Shown here piece after piece: positions 22,553-32,405 of a stretch of DNA of 64,000 nt (position 1 is its first letter; every line of letters starts with the position of its first letter). The position numbers and the translations under genes are program-made. The notes below the pieces were generated by a model that made no database searches, was not told the DNA's origin, and worked only from the letters and a program-made list of their open reading frames with translations. Source of the stretch: an uncultured Actinomycetota bacterium (lineage in GTDB: Bacteria; Actinomycetota; Actinomycetes; Mycobacteriales; SCTD01); contig CAVXMC010000008.1 of assembly GCA_963762795.1 (NCBI GenBank), positions 138,072 through 202,071 on the forward strand. Reading direction: 5' to 3'.

Positions 22553-23419
22553 CGACGACGGCGCAGTGGGTCGAGGGCGCGCGCCCGCGCACGCTGCCGG
22601 TGGCCTTCGCGCCGGTGCTCGTCGGCACCGGGGCGGCCGCGGCGGCCGGCGACGTGCGGATCGGCCGGGCGCTGCTGGCCCTGGTGGTCGCGCTGGCGCT
22701 GCAGGTCGGCGTCAACTACGCCAACGACTACAGCGACGGCATCCGCGGCACGGACGACGAGCGGGTCGGCCCGCTGCGCCTGGTGGGCAGCGGGACGGCG
22801 TCCCCGGCGGCGGTGCGGGGGGCGGCGTTCGCGTGCTTCGGCGTCGCCGCGCTGGCCGGGCTGGTGCTCGCGCTGCTGACCACCTGGGCGCTGGTCGCCG
22901 TCGGCGCGGTCGCCATCGCCGCGGCCTGGGGCTACACCGGCGGCGCCAAGCCGTACGGCTACCGCGGCCTCGGCGAGGTCTCCGTCTTCGTCTTCTTCGG
23001 GCTGGTCGCGGTGCTCGGGACGACGTACGTCCAGGTCGGCGAGCTGACCGGCGCGGCGCTCGGCGGCGGCATCGCGATGGGCGCGCTGGCCTGCGGGGTG
23101 CTCGTCACCAACAACCTGCGCGACGTGCCGACCGACAGCCTCACCGGCAAGCGCACGCTCGCTGTCGTGCTCGGCGACCGTCGCACCCGCCTGCTGTACG
23201 CCGCCCTGGTCGCGGCCGCCCTGGTCGTGCCGGTGGCCCTGGTGGGCGTGACGCCGTGGGCGCTGCTCGGCCTGCTCGCGCTGCCGCTCGCGGTGCCGCC
23301 GGTGCGGCAGGTCCTCGGCGGGGCCGCCGGGCGCGGCGCTGATCCCGGTGCTGGCCGGGACCGGCCGGCTGCAGCTGGTGCTCGGGGCGCTGCTCGCGCT
23401 GGGGCTCGCGCTGGGCTGA
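22549..23419 (+). CDS. menA: 1,4-dihydroxy-2-naphthoate polyprenyltransferase; frame broken near 23330
   Basis: GTG 22549 overlaps the menE stop (GTGA). The product is a polytopic UbiA-family protein with [15 protein letters not shown]. The last ~29 codons ([27 protein letters not shown]) lie in a +1 frame ending at TGA 23417-23419. Confidence 0.85.
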
Positions 23420-23424
23420 GGCCG

Positions 23425-24126
23425 TCAGCCGGTTGGCCGTACGCCCCGGTGCAGCGCCACGATGCCGCCGGTGAGGTCGCGCCAGGCGACCTGCCCCCAG
23501 CCGGCCTGCTGCACCTGCGTGGCGAGGGCCGCCTGGGCGGGCCAGGCGCGCACCGACTCGGCCAGGTAGACGTAGGCCTCCGGGTCGCTGCTGACCTTGC
23601 GGGCCACCGCCGGGAGCGCCTTCATGAGGTACTCGAGGTAGACGACGCGGAACGGCCGCCAGGTCGGCGCGCTGAACTCGCAGACCACCAGGCGGCCGCC
23701 GGGCCGGGTCACGCGGAGCAGCTCGCGGAGCGCCTGGCCGGTGTCGGCGGTGTTGCGCAGCCCGAAGGAGATCGTCACCGCGTCGAACGCCCCGTCGCGG
23801 AACGGCAGCCGCAGCGCGTCGCCGGCGACCAGCTCGACGCCGCGGTGGCCGGCCCGCTTGCCGACCTTCAGCATGCCGAGCGAGAAGTCGCAGCCGACCA
23901 CCTGCGCGCCGCTGCGGGCGAGCGCGGCGCTGCTCGTGGCCGTCCCGGCGGCCAGGTCGAGGACCCGCTCCCCCGGCTGCAGCGCGAGGGCGCCCGAGAC
24001 GGCGGTGCGCCAGCCCCGGTCCTGGCCGAGGGACAGCACCGTGTTGGTGAGGTCGTAGCGGGGCGCGACCTCGTCGAACATCGCGGCGACCTCGGCGGGG
24101 TCCTTGTCGAGGGATGCGCGGCTCAC
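23425..24126 (-). CDS. menG: demethylmenaquinone methyltransferase (UbiE/MenG)
   Basis: Intact 233-aa ORF with [13 protein letters not shown], the SAM motif [12 protein letters not shown] and ISFGLRN. Confidence 0.85.
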   Translation of the reverse strand: MSRASLDKDPAEVAAMFDEVAPRYDLTNTVLSLGQDRGWRTAVSGALALQPGERVLDLAAGTATSSAALARSGAQVVGCDFSLGMLKVGKRAGHRGVELVAGDALRLPFRDGAFDAVTISFGLRNTADTGQALRELLRVTRPGGRLVVCEFSAPTWRPFRVVYLEYLMKALPAVARKVSSDPEAYVYLAESVRAWPAQAALATQVQQAGWGQVAWRDLTGGIVALHRGVRPTG

Positions 24127-24165
24127 GGCCCCATCGTGCCAGGCCGGGCCGCTCGACGCCGGACC

Positions 24166-24201
24166 TTGACACGTGACATGTCTGATGTCACGTTGTCGCC
24201 A
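24166..24201 (+). promoter_or_regulatory. putative leaderless promoter TTGACA-N17-CACGTT with embedded inverted repeat ACGTGACAT-N5-ATGTCACGT
   Basis: TTGACA lies at 24166-24171 and CACGTT (nAnnnT) at 24189-24194. The ATG at 24201 sits exactly 7 nt after the -10 hexamer. The 9-bp inverted-repeat arms lie at 24171-24179 and 24185-24193. The site is in the menG/membrane-protein divergent spacer. Confidence 0.35.
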
Positions 24202-26046
24202 TGACCTTCGCTGCTGCTGTCCTCGCCTCCAGCACGCCGCCCGCCGGGGGCGCGGCCCTCGACGAGGTCATCGGCGCCACCGCCGGTGTCGGCCTCGTCT
24301 CGCTGGTGCTGTTCGGCATCGCGGTCGCCCACCGGACCCGCCGCATCACGTGGCTCGGCCGCTTCGCCACCGCGGTGGGCGCCCGCACCGGCCGGCCCGG
24401 CTGGGTGGCGCTGCCCAGCTTCATGAACACCCTCGCGCTCCTCGTGGCGCTGTTCGGCATGCTCTGGGACATCTCGCTGCACATCGGCCAGGGCCGCGAC
24501 GAGGGGCCGCTCGCCAACCCCGCCCACTACTTCATCCTGGTCGGGCTGTTCCTCGTCTTCTCCGCCGGGATGCTCGCCGTCGTCCTGCCGCTGGACGAGG
24601 AGCCCGGCCCGGCCGCGGTGCGCATCACCCGCACCTGGAAGGCCCCGGTCGGCGGCATCCTGGTCGCCGGCGCCGGCTTCTACGCGCTGCTCGGCTTCCC
24701 GCTCGACGACGTGTGGCACCGGCTGTTCGGCCAGGACGTCACGCTCTGGGGCCCGACCCACCTCATGCTCATCACCGGCGCCGGCCTGTCCCTGATCGGG
24801 ATGCTCGTGCTCGAGCAGGAGGGCCGCGCCGCCGCCCCGCTCAGCCACGCAGCAGACCCCGGTCGTCGCCTGGCTGCTCCGCGTCTTCGCGCTCGGCGGC
24901 ATGCTCATCGGCCTGTCGGTCTTCCAGGCGGAGTTCGACTTCGGCGTCCCGCAGTTCCGCCTCGTCCTGCAGCCGCTGATGATCGCCGCGGCGGCCGGCC
25001 TCGCGCTGGTCGCCGCCCGGCTCATCGCCGGCCCGGGTGGCGCCGTCGCCTGCGCGCTGTTCTTCGTGGCCATCCGCGGCGTCATGAGCCTGCTGGTCGG
25101 CCCGCTCCTCGGCGAGCCGACCCCCTCCTTCCCGCTGTACGTCGGGTCGGGCGTCCTCGTCGAGCTGCTCGCCCTGTCCGGGCTGCTGCGCCGGCCGATG
25201 GCCTTCGGCGCCGTCGCCGGCTTCCTCATCGGCACGCTCGGCACCGGCATCGAGGCGCTCTGGGCGTCCTTCGCCATGCCGCTGCCGTGGACCCGTGACA
25301 TCGCGGTCGAGGGCGTGCTGATGGCCACCGCGGTCGCCGTCGCCGCGGGCGTCTGCGGTGCGCTGCTCGCCGAGGGCCTCGCCGGCCGGCTCCCCCGCCC
25401 GTCGGTGGCCCGCCCCGCCCTGCTGGCCAGCGTCCTGGTGCTCGCCGCGGCCGTGGCCAACGGCCTGTACGCGACCGTGCCCGACGGTGCCCGCGCCACC
25501 GTCGCCCTGACCCCGGCCGGCCCCGGCATGGCCACGGCAGAGGTGACGCTCGACCCGGCGTCGCTGGCCGCGGACGACCCGGCCTGGGTGCAGATCACCG
25601 CCTGGCAGGGCGGCGGGCTGGTGCTCGACCGCCTGGAGCGGACCGGTCCCGGCACCTACCGCTCCACCGAGCCGGTCCCGGTCGACGGCGACTGGAAGAC
25701 GATGGTGCGCGTCCACGACGGCCGGGTGCTGGCCGCCTCGCCGATCTTCCTGCCGGCCGACGAGGCCATCGACGCCGAGGAGGTCCCGGCGGCCGCGTCG
25801 TCCACCCGCGACGTCGTCCCGGAGATCACGCTGCTGCAGCGCGAGCGCCAGCTCGACGTCCCCGGCTGGCTGTGGGGCGCGGCCAACCTCGTCGTGCTCG
25901 TCTGCTCGATCGCCCTCATCGCCGCCCTCGGCTGGGGCGTCGGCCGCCTGGCCCGTCGTACCGGTGAGGGCACCGGCAGCATCCCGCCGCCGGCCGCCCC
26001 GCGCGCCGCCGGTCGTACGACCGCCCTGCGGCCCGGCGTGGCGTGA
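24201..26046 (+). CDS. large polytopic membrane protein with a C-terminal extracytoplasmic domain, unknown function; frame broken near 24850
   Basis: ORF 24201..25298 contains multiple TM helices and the motif [14 protein letters not shown]. It continues in ORF 24901..26046 with further TM helices, a soluble ~170-aa segment and a final TM. Confidence 0.6.
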
Positions 26047-26051
26047 CCGCG

Positions 26052-26192
26052 ATGGTCTACGCGCACCACCCCCTGGTGATCGCGCTGCCGTTCTTCGTGC
26101 CGGCCCTGCTCGCCGTGCTCGCCATCGGCGGGGTCATGTGGCGGGACCGGCACACCCCCGAGGACGAGCCCGAGGCGCCGGAGGGCGAGTGA
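26052..26192 (+). CDS. 46-aa single-TM micro-protein (hypothetical)
   Basis: The ORF atg..tga reads MVYAHHPLVIALPFFVPALLAVLAIGGVMWRDRHTPEDEPEAPEGE. It is below the ORF-track length cutoff. It starts 6 nt after the upstream stop, and its TGA overlaps the merR-family GTG. Confidence 0.35.
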   Translation: MVYAHHPLVIALPFFVPALLAVLAIGGVMWRDRHTPEDEPEAPEGE

Positions 26193-26944
26193 GCGACGAG
26201 GAGCTGACCGTCGACCAGCTGGCGGCGCGGGTCGGGATGACCGTGCGCAACGTGCGCGCGTACGCCGCCCGCGGCCTGCTCCCGGCGCCCCGCCTCGTCG
26301 GCCGGACCGGCTACTACGGGCCCGAGCACGTCGCCCGGCTCCTGCTCGTGCGCGAGATGCTCGGCCAGGGCTACACGCTGGCGGCGGTCGAGCGGTCCCT
26401 CGAGGGCAGCCCGACCACGGCGAGCTCCAGCGCCCTCGCGCTGCACCGCGCCCTGATGGCGCCGTGGCTGCCGGACGCGCCGGTCGAGTCCGACGTCGCC
26501 GAGCTGTCCGCCCGGGTCGGCGTGGAGAGCGCGCCGGGGGTGCTGCAGGAGCTGGCCGCCATGGGCGTGCTGGAGCTGCTCGACGACGAACGCATCCGGG
26601 TGCTCGACCCCACGCTGCTCGAGGCCGGCGTGCAGGTCGTCCGGCTCGGCGTCGACCCCGAGGTGCTCGTCGAGGCGCAGCGCAAGGTCATCGAGCTGGT
26701 CGAGCAGGCGGCCGACGTCTACGTCGACATGTTCCGGCGCACGGTGTGGCAGGACTTCGTCGCGGCCGGAGCTCCCGCGGACGGCTGGCCGCGCATCCAG
26801 GAGGTCGTCGAGCGGCTGCAGCCGGTCGCTGCGCAGGCGCTGCTGGCGAGCTTCCGCAGCGCGATGGCGGCGGCCGTGGCGCAGGAGGTCGACAGCCAGC
26901 TCGAGCACGAGGGATCAACTCGGCCCCCGCCGGCGCTGTACTAG
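26189..26944 (+). CDS. MerR-family transcriptional regulator
   Basis: GTG 26189 lies in the frame of ORF 25964..26944. The N-terminal wHTH is LTVDQLAARVGMTVRNVRAYAARGLLP. Confidence 0.8.
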   Translation: MSDEELTVDQLAARVGMTVRNVRAYAARGLLPAPRLVGRTGYYGPEHVARLLLVREMLGQGYTLAAVERSLEGSPTTASSSALALHRALMAPWLPDAPVESDVAELSARVGVESAPGVLQELAAMGVLELLDDERIRVLDPTLLEAGVQVVRLGVDPEVLVEAQRKVIELVEQAADVYVDMFRRTVWQDFVAAGAPADGWPRIQEVVERLQPVAAQALLASFRSAMAAAVAQEVDSQLEHEGSTRPPPALY

Positions 26945-26986
26945 ACGTCACGGGTGAGCGGATCGCCCACGGGAAGGGGAAGCGTC

Positions 26987-28403
26987 ATGACCAGGCACCA
27001 GGGCGCTCGGCACCGCGTCGTCATCATCGGCTCCGGCTTCGGCGGGCTCTTCGCCGCCAAGAAGCTCAAGCGGGCCGACGTCGACATCACCCTCATCGCC
27101 CGTACGGGCCACCACCTCTTCCAGCCGCTGCTCTACCAGGTGGCGACCGGGATCCTCTCGCCCGGCGAGGTCGCCCCGGCCACCCGCGAGATCCTGCGGC
27201 GCCAGGACAACGTCCGCGTCGTCCTCGGCGACGTGACCGAGGTCGACGTGGCGAACCGGCGGGTCACCTCGCTGGCGATCGACAGCACGCACGTGACCGA
27301 GTACGACACCCTCATCGTCGCGGCCGGCTCCGGCCAGTCCTACTTCGGCAACGACCAGTTCTCGGAGTTCGCGCCCGGCCTGAAGTCCATCGACGACGCC
27401 CTCGAGCTGCGCGGCCGCATCTTCGGCGCCTTCGAGATGGCCGAGCTCGAGGACGACCCGGCCGCTCTGGACGCCTGGATGACCTTCGTCGTCGTCGGCG
27501 CCGGGCCCACCGGCGTCGAGATGGCCGGCCAGATCGCCGAGCTCGCCCGGCGCACGCTCAAGCGCGACTTCCGCAACATCGACCCCAAGACGACGCGCAT
27601 CATCCTGCTGGACGCCGCCGACGCCGTGCTCGGCCAGTTCGGCGAGAAGCTGTCGCAGCGCGCCGAGGCCAAGCTCAACGACATCGGCGTCGAGGTGCAG
27701 CTCGGGCGCCAAGGTGGTCGGCGTCGACGCCACCGGCATCGAGGTCGAGGACGCCAGCGGCGCGCACCGCCGGATCCCGTCGCGGACCAAGGTGTGGGCC
27801 GCGGGCGTCAGCGCCGCGCCGCTCGGCGCGCAGATCGCGTCGCAGGCGGGCGCCGAGGTCGACCGCGCCGGCCGCGTCCTGGTCGAGAAGGACCTCACCG
27901 TGCCGGGCCACCCCGAGATCTTCGTGATCGGCGACATGATGTCGCTCGACCGCCTGCCCGGGGTCGCCCAGGTCGCCATGCAGGGCGCCGAGCACGCCGC
28001 CGGCCAGATCAAGAAGCGGCTCGCCGGCAAGCCGGCCGGTCAGCCGTTCCACTACTTCGACAAGGGCAACATGGCGACGGTGTCCCGGTTCAACGCCGTG
28101 GCCGCCATCGGCCCGCTGCGGCTGTCCGGGTTCATCGCCTGGCTGATGTGGCTGGTGATCCACATCGTGTACCTGATCGGCTTCAAGAACCGCGTCACGA
28201 CCCTGCTCCACTGGGCGGTCAGCTTCGTCGGCCGCGGCCGGTCCGAGCGGACCGTCACGCTGCAGCAGGTGGTCGCGCGCAACGTCCTCAAGCGCGAGGG
28301 GACGTACGCCCTCGGCATGCCGCGCGGGACGGACGTCGGCTCGGGGACCCCGTCGTCCGACGCGCCGACCTCCATCGGCGACGGCGAGAAGCTGCCGGCC
28401 TGA
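26987..28403 (+). CDS. ndh: type II NADH dehydrogenase (NDH-2); frame broken near 27703
   Basis: ATG 26987 follows the purine-rich GGGAAGGGGAAG. Two Rossmann motifs (VVIIGSGFGGL, FVVVGAGPTGVEMAG) lie in ORF 26954..28426. The C-terminus (IFVIGDM, membrane-anchor helices) lies in ORF 27714..28403. Confidence 0.85.
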
Positions 28404-28454
28404 CCGAGCCTGCCTGCGCGGGGTAGGAGCCCTCCACCTGACCCTGGAGACCCC

Positions 28455-29704
28455 GTGCGCCTGCCGCTGCCTGGCCCGACCGACCTCGTCCACGCGGCGC
28501 GCGACCTGGCCGCCGCCGCGACCGCCCTGGGTCGCCTCACCACCGGTGCGGTCCAGGTCCTCCCCCGCCTCGAGGGCCTGCTCGACCGCGCCGTCGGCCT
28601 GATCGGCGGCGCCGAGAGCGCCCTCGGCGGGGCCCTCCCGCTGCTCGACCGCATCGAGCTCGCCGTCGGCCGGATCGAGTCGATCGCCGGCCAGGTCGAG
28701 ACGCTCCTCGCCGATCGCGTCGACCCGGTCCTCGCCGACATCGACGGCGTCCTCGTCGACGCCCGCAGCCAGCTCGCCGCCGTCGGGTCGGTGGTCGGGG
28801 ACGCGCAGGTCCAGATCGCCGCGGTCGGCGGGGTGGTGGGCGAGGCGCGGGTGCAGATCGATGCCGTCGGCGGGGTGGTGTCGCGGGCGGACACGCAGAT
28901 CGGCGCAGTCGGGGACGTCGTGGCCCGGGCGGACACGCAGATCGGCGCGGTCGGGGACGTCGTCTCCCGGGCGGACACGCAGATCGGCGCCGTCGGGAAC
29001 GTGGTCTCGCCGCGCCGACTCCCAGATCGGCGCCGTCGGGGACGTCGTCTCCCGGGCGGACTCCCAGATCGGCGCCGTCGGGGACGTCGTCTCCCGCGCC
29101 GACTCCCAGATCGGCGCCGTCGGGGACGTCGTCGCCCGGGCCGACCCCAGATCGGCGCCGTCGGGGACGTCGTCTCCCGCGCCGACTACGCAGATCGGTG
29201 CCGTCGGGGACGTCGTCGCCCGCGCCGACACCCAGATCGGCGCCGTCGGGGACGTCGTCTCCCGCGCCGACCAGCAGATCGGCGCCGTCGGCGAGGTGGT
29301 CGCCGGCGCGCGTACCCAGATCGACAGCGTCGGACAGGTCGTCGACCGCGCGGACGGGGCGATCGAGGAGGCCCTGCGCCTGCTGGCCCGCGCGGGCGGG
29401 CTCGTCGACACCGGCGACTGCCCTCCTGTCCAAGGTGCTGCCCCTGGTCGCGCACCTCCTGCCGGCTGCGCAGCGCCTCGCCGAGACGCTGGAGCCCAAG
29501 GAGATCGACGCTGCGATCGCCCTCATCGACCGCCTGCCCCAGCTGCTCGACGCCGTCGACAACGACGTCCTGCCGCTGGCCAAGCAGCTGGAGCAGGTCG
29601 CCCCGGACCTGCACCAGATGCTCGAGCTCCTCGACGACGTGCACCGCGTGGTCAGCGGCCTGCCCGGCGTCGGCCGCCTGCGACGACGTGGCGCAGACGA
29701 GTAG
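28455..29704 (+). CDS. 14-residue tandem-repeat protein of unknown family; four frame breaks (~29009, 29146, 29187, 29419)
   Basis: GTG 28455 follows GGAGA. The product is periodic every 14 aa from RIESIAGQVETLLA through nine near-identical QIGAVGDVVSRADT units to VHRVVSGLPGVGRL. The pieces lie in ORFs 28455..30041, 28861..29751 and 29198..29704. Confidence 0.55.
28770..29358 (+). repeat. 42-bp tandem repeat array, 14 units (three units are 43, 41 and 43 bp)
   Basis: Unit starts are 28770, 28812, 28854, 28896, 28938, 28980, 29023, 29065, 29107, 29148, 29191, 29233, 29275 and 29317. The central consensus is cagatcggcgccgtcggggacgtcgtctcccgcgccgacacc. Confidence 0.9.
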
Positions 29705-29747
29705 AACTGCTCAGGCGCTTCACCTCGCCGCGGCCGAGTCTGGGGTC

Positions 29748-30041
29748 ATGACTTCGACACCTGCCCTGTCCCGTACGACCGCCGCCTTCTACCTGCAGGC
29801 CGGCCTGTCGTTCGCCGTCTCGCTCGTCGCCGTCGGGATCGGCATCGCCTACCTCCCCGTCGACGCCTGGGTCCGCGCGTTCCTCGCCATCGCGACCCTG
29901 TACGTCGTCACCTCGACCTTCACCCTCGCCAAGTGCGTCCGCGACCAGCAGGAGGCCGGCAGCGTCCTCGGCCGCGTCGACGAGGCCCGCCTCGAGAAGC
30001 TGCTCGCCGACCACGACCCCTTCCGGACGCCCAGCCTCTAG
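29748..30041 (+). CDS. YiaA/YiaB-type two-helix inner-membrane protein
   Basis: ATG 29748 lies in the frame of ORF 28455..30041 and gives 97 aa with two long hydrophobic helices (AFYLQAGLSFAVSLVAVGIGIAYL, VRAFLAIATLYVVTSTFTLAK) and a charged tail. Confidence 0.65.
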   Translation: MTSTPALSRTTAAFYLQAGLSFAVSLVAVGIGIAYLPVDAWVRAFLAIATLYVVTSTFTLAKCVRDQQEAGSVLGRVDEARLEKLLADHDPFRTPSL

Positions 30042-30062
30042 TCGCGCCGCTCGGCCGCTCCG

Positions 30063-32167
30063 TCAGTCGGACCGGTGCTCGACCTGGGTCATCCAGGCTT
30101 CGGCGTCGGGGTCGTGTGCGTCGAGCAGTGCTGTGACGGTGGCGGCGAGGGCTGCGGGTGTGGCCAGTCGGGTGCCGGCGGGGATGCGGGGTGGTGGTGC
30201 CCATCGCGGGTGGGTGCGGTAGGTCCGGGTCGCCGGGCTGGTCCAGGTGGTGGTGCCGTCGGGCTGCTGAACGACGGTCCAGCCCTTGTGCTTGGCGTGG
30301 TGGCAGCGCTGGCTGCGGGCCTGTGAGGTTGGCGGCGTTGGTCGGGCCGTCGGGCCAGGGCTGGTGGTGGTCGAGCTCGCAGCGGCTGGCCGGGACCGAG
30401 CAGCCGATGCCGTCGCAGCCCCGGTCGCGCAGCCGGACCAGCCGGGCGAGCGGTGCGGACGGGTCGTGCTGCGGCTCGGGCTGGTCCTGCGGTGCGGGCA
30501 CGGCGGTGAGAGCCAGGGTGGTGAGCAGCGCCCGCAGCTCGTCAGGGGTCAGCGCGGCGGAGTCGTGGGCGACGGCAGTCCCGGATGAGTCGGCGACGAC
30601 GGCGCTCGTGGTCGGGTCGGCGGGGCTGGTGGCGGGTGCGGTGCGTTCGGTGCCGCGTCGTGCGCTTCCGGCCGGTCTTGCGCTTCGGCTTCGGTGTGGC
30701 GGGTGTCGGTCGGTGGAGCGGTCGGGTGGGGGTGGCCAGGGGCCGGCCGGTGGTGGCGTCGACGAACAGCGCGCGGATCTCGGCGGTCGGCAGGAGCTGG
30801 TGGACCTGCGCGGCGGGCAGCAGCGCCCCACCGGGTTCGAGCTGTCCGGGGGCGTCGCTGACACCGAGGGCGGTCGCGAGCGGGACGTGCACGATCGACC
30901 TGCGGTGGCCGCACGACCAGGGTCGTGCGAGGACCCGGCAGCGCAGCCGCAGCGCCGCCGCCGCTGCCGCAGGTCAGGCATGGCGGTGGTGCTCCTGTGG
31001 CGCGGCCGCCCGGTCCGGTGCTGGCCCTGGTGCGTCGGCGGTCGCGGCGGCGCCGTGGGTCGGGCCGGCGGTGGGGTCCAGGCCGCTGGCGGTGATGCCG
31101 GCGGTGGTGCCGGAGGTGGTGTCGCGGTGGCGTCGGCGGTCGCGTCGGTGGTGTCGCCGGTCGGGTCGGTGACCTCGCCGGTCGCGTCGGTGACTCGCCG
31201 GTCGGGTCGGTGACCTCGCGGTGGTGGCGGCCGTGGCCGGGGTGGGGTCGGTGACCTCGCCGGTGGTCGGGTCGCACGCCGGCGCACAGGTGGGCTCGTC
31301 AGGAGACCGGGGCCGCGTCGGAGGTCGAGGGCTGCACGGGCTCGCCAGCGGCTGGGAGGGTGCGCTGTCACCGTTGCCCGGCCCGGAGGGCGGCTGGTCC
31401 CAGGGCGGGTCTTCGACCAGGACCGGTGCCGGGACTGTCGTGGCGCCGGTTGCGGGTGGCAGGTCGGGGCCGGTGGGGGCGATGCGCCGGCCGGTCAGGA
31501 GCTCGGTGACCAGGTCGGCGCGGAGCTGCTCGATGGTGCGGGGGTCACCGGCGGTGTGCAGGGCGTGGGCCTGCTCGGTCAGGCTGAGCTGGACCGCGGC
31601 GACGTGCTCGGCGGGCAGCAGCGCGACGAGCAGGCTCATGCCGTCCTCGGTGGCGTGCCGGGTCCAGACCTTGCGGTCGGCCCGGGCGCGGGCGGCGCGG
31701 CGGGCGGCTTCGGCGGCGTCCAGCGTCAGGACGAGCCGGCGGACCCGGTCCCGCAGCCGGCCCGGCGGCAGCTCGGCCGCGACCAGCAGGACCCGCTTCT
31801 CGACCTGGGAGCAGGTCAGCGCGTCCAGGTGCCGGGTCTCGCTGATCAGCACCCGGGCCTGCGGAACACCCAGGGTGCCGGCCTGGAGCCGCCCGAACGT
31901 CTCGGGCAGGAACGTGACGAGGTGCTGGGCGTCGGCGAGCCGGGCGCCGGCGCTCTGCTGCCCGATGACGCAGGTCCCGGCGACCTCCAGCAGCACCGAG
32001 TCGAACGGGGCGCTGCCCCGCCACCCGTCATGGGTCGCGCCGTCGGTCAGCTCGACCAGGACCCGGGCCTCCGCGGCGAACGTCCGGGCCGCGGTCGCCT
32101 GCAGCGCGGCGAGCTGGTCCAGCCCGGCCGTGTAGGCCGGATCAGAGAACCACGACGACTCGCTCAC
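30063..32167 (-). CDS. DUF222 / HNH endonuclease (REP13E12-like) protein; at least five frame breaks (e.g. ~31219, 31195, ~30900, ~30700, ~30320)
   Basis: The N-terminal DUF222-like region is intact in ORF 30974..32167. The middle segment IVHVPLATALGVSDAPGQLEPGG lies in ORF 30542..30892. The HNH core RLRDRGCDGIGCSVPASRCELDHHQPWPDGPTNAANL lies in ORF 29920..31371, then RCHHAKHKGW...EAWMTQVEHRSD continues in another frame to TGA 30063. Confidence 0.7.
31159..31275 (-). repeat. 21-bp imperfect tandem repeat encoding the heptapeptide TGEVTDP inside the DUF222/HNH gene
   Basis: The unit ggtcgggtcggtgacctcgcc occurs at 31159, 31180 (20 nt) and 31200 (20 nt), with a partial copy at about 31244-31275. 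Two copies lack one c. Confidence 0.7.
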
Positions 32168-32276
32168 AGGACGAACCTAACCGGCACCACCGACAGAAAA
32201 GCCCAGGTCAGACGGGCTGTGGACAGTCAGAGTCGCAGTGGAAACACCGCGGAACTGTCGGCGCCGAATGCCCGCC

Positions 32277-32405
32277 CGGGGCCCGGGGCCCGGGGCCCGG
32301 GGCGCGGGACGCGGGACGCGGAGCGCGGGGCGCGGGGTGCGCCGGGCGCGGGCCGCAACCGGGGTCCGACAGCGCGGTGCAACAGCGCGGCAGCGACAGC
32401 GCGGC
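32277..32405 (+). repeat. G-tract microsatellite cluster (GGGGCCC x3.5, GCGGGAC x2, GCGGGG[CT] x2, then ACAGCGCGG x3), a G-quadruplex candidate
   Basis: Eleven runs of G3-4 lie between 32278 and 32364, including GGGGCCCGGGGCCCGGGGCCCGGGG. Three ACAGCGCGG copies at ~13-nt spacing lie at 32370-32404. The cluster is in the non-coding spacer between the acylase stop and the HNH gene start. Confidence 0.7.

Noticed and set aside
28770-29358. The 42-bp repeat array as a CRISPR array.
   Set aside because: The units are directly adjacent with no spacers. They are in phase with a long ORF and encode a consistent 14-aa peptide repeat. No cas genes are present in the window.
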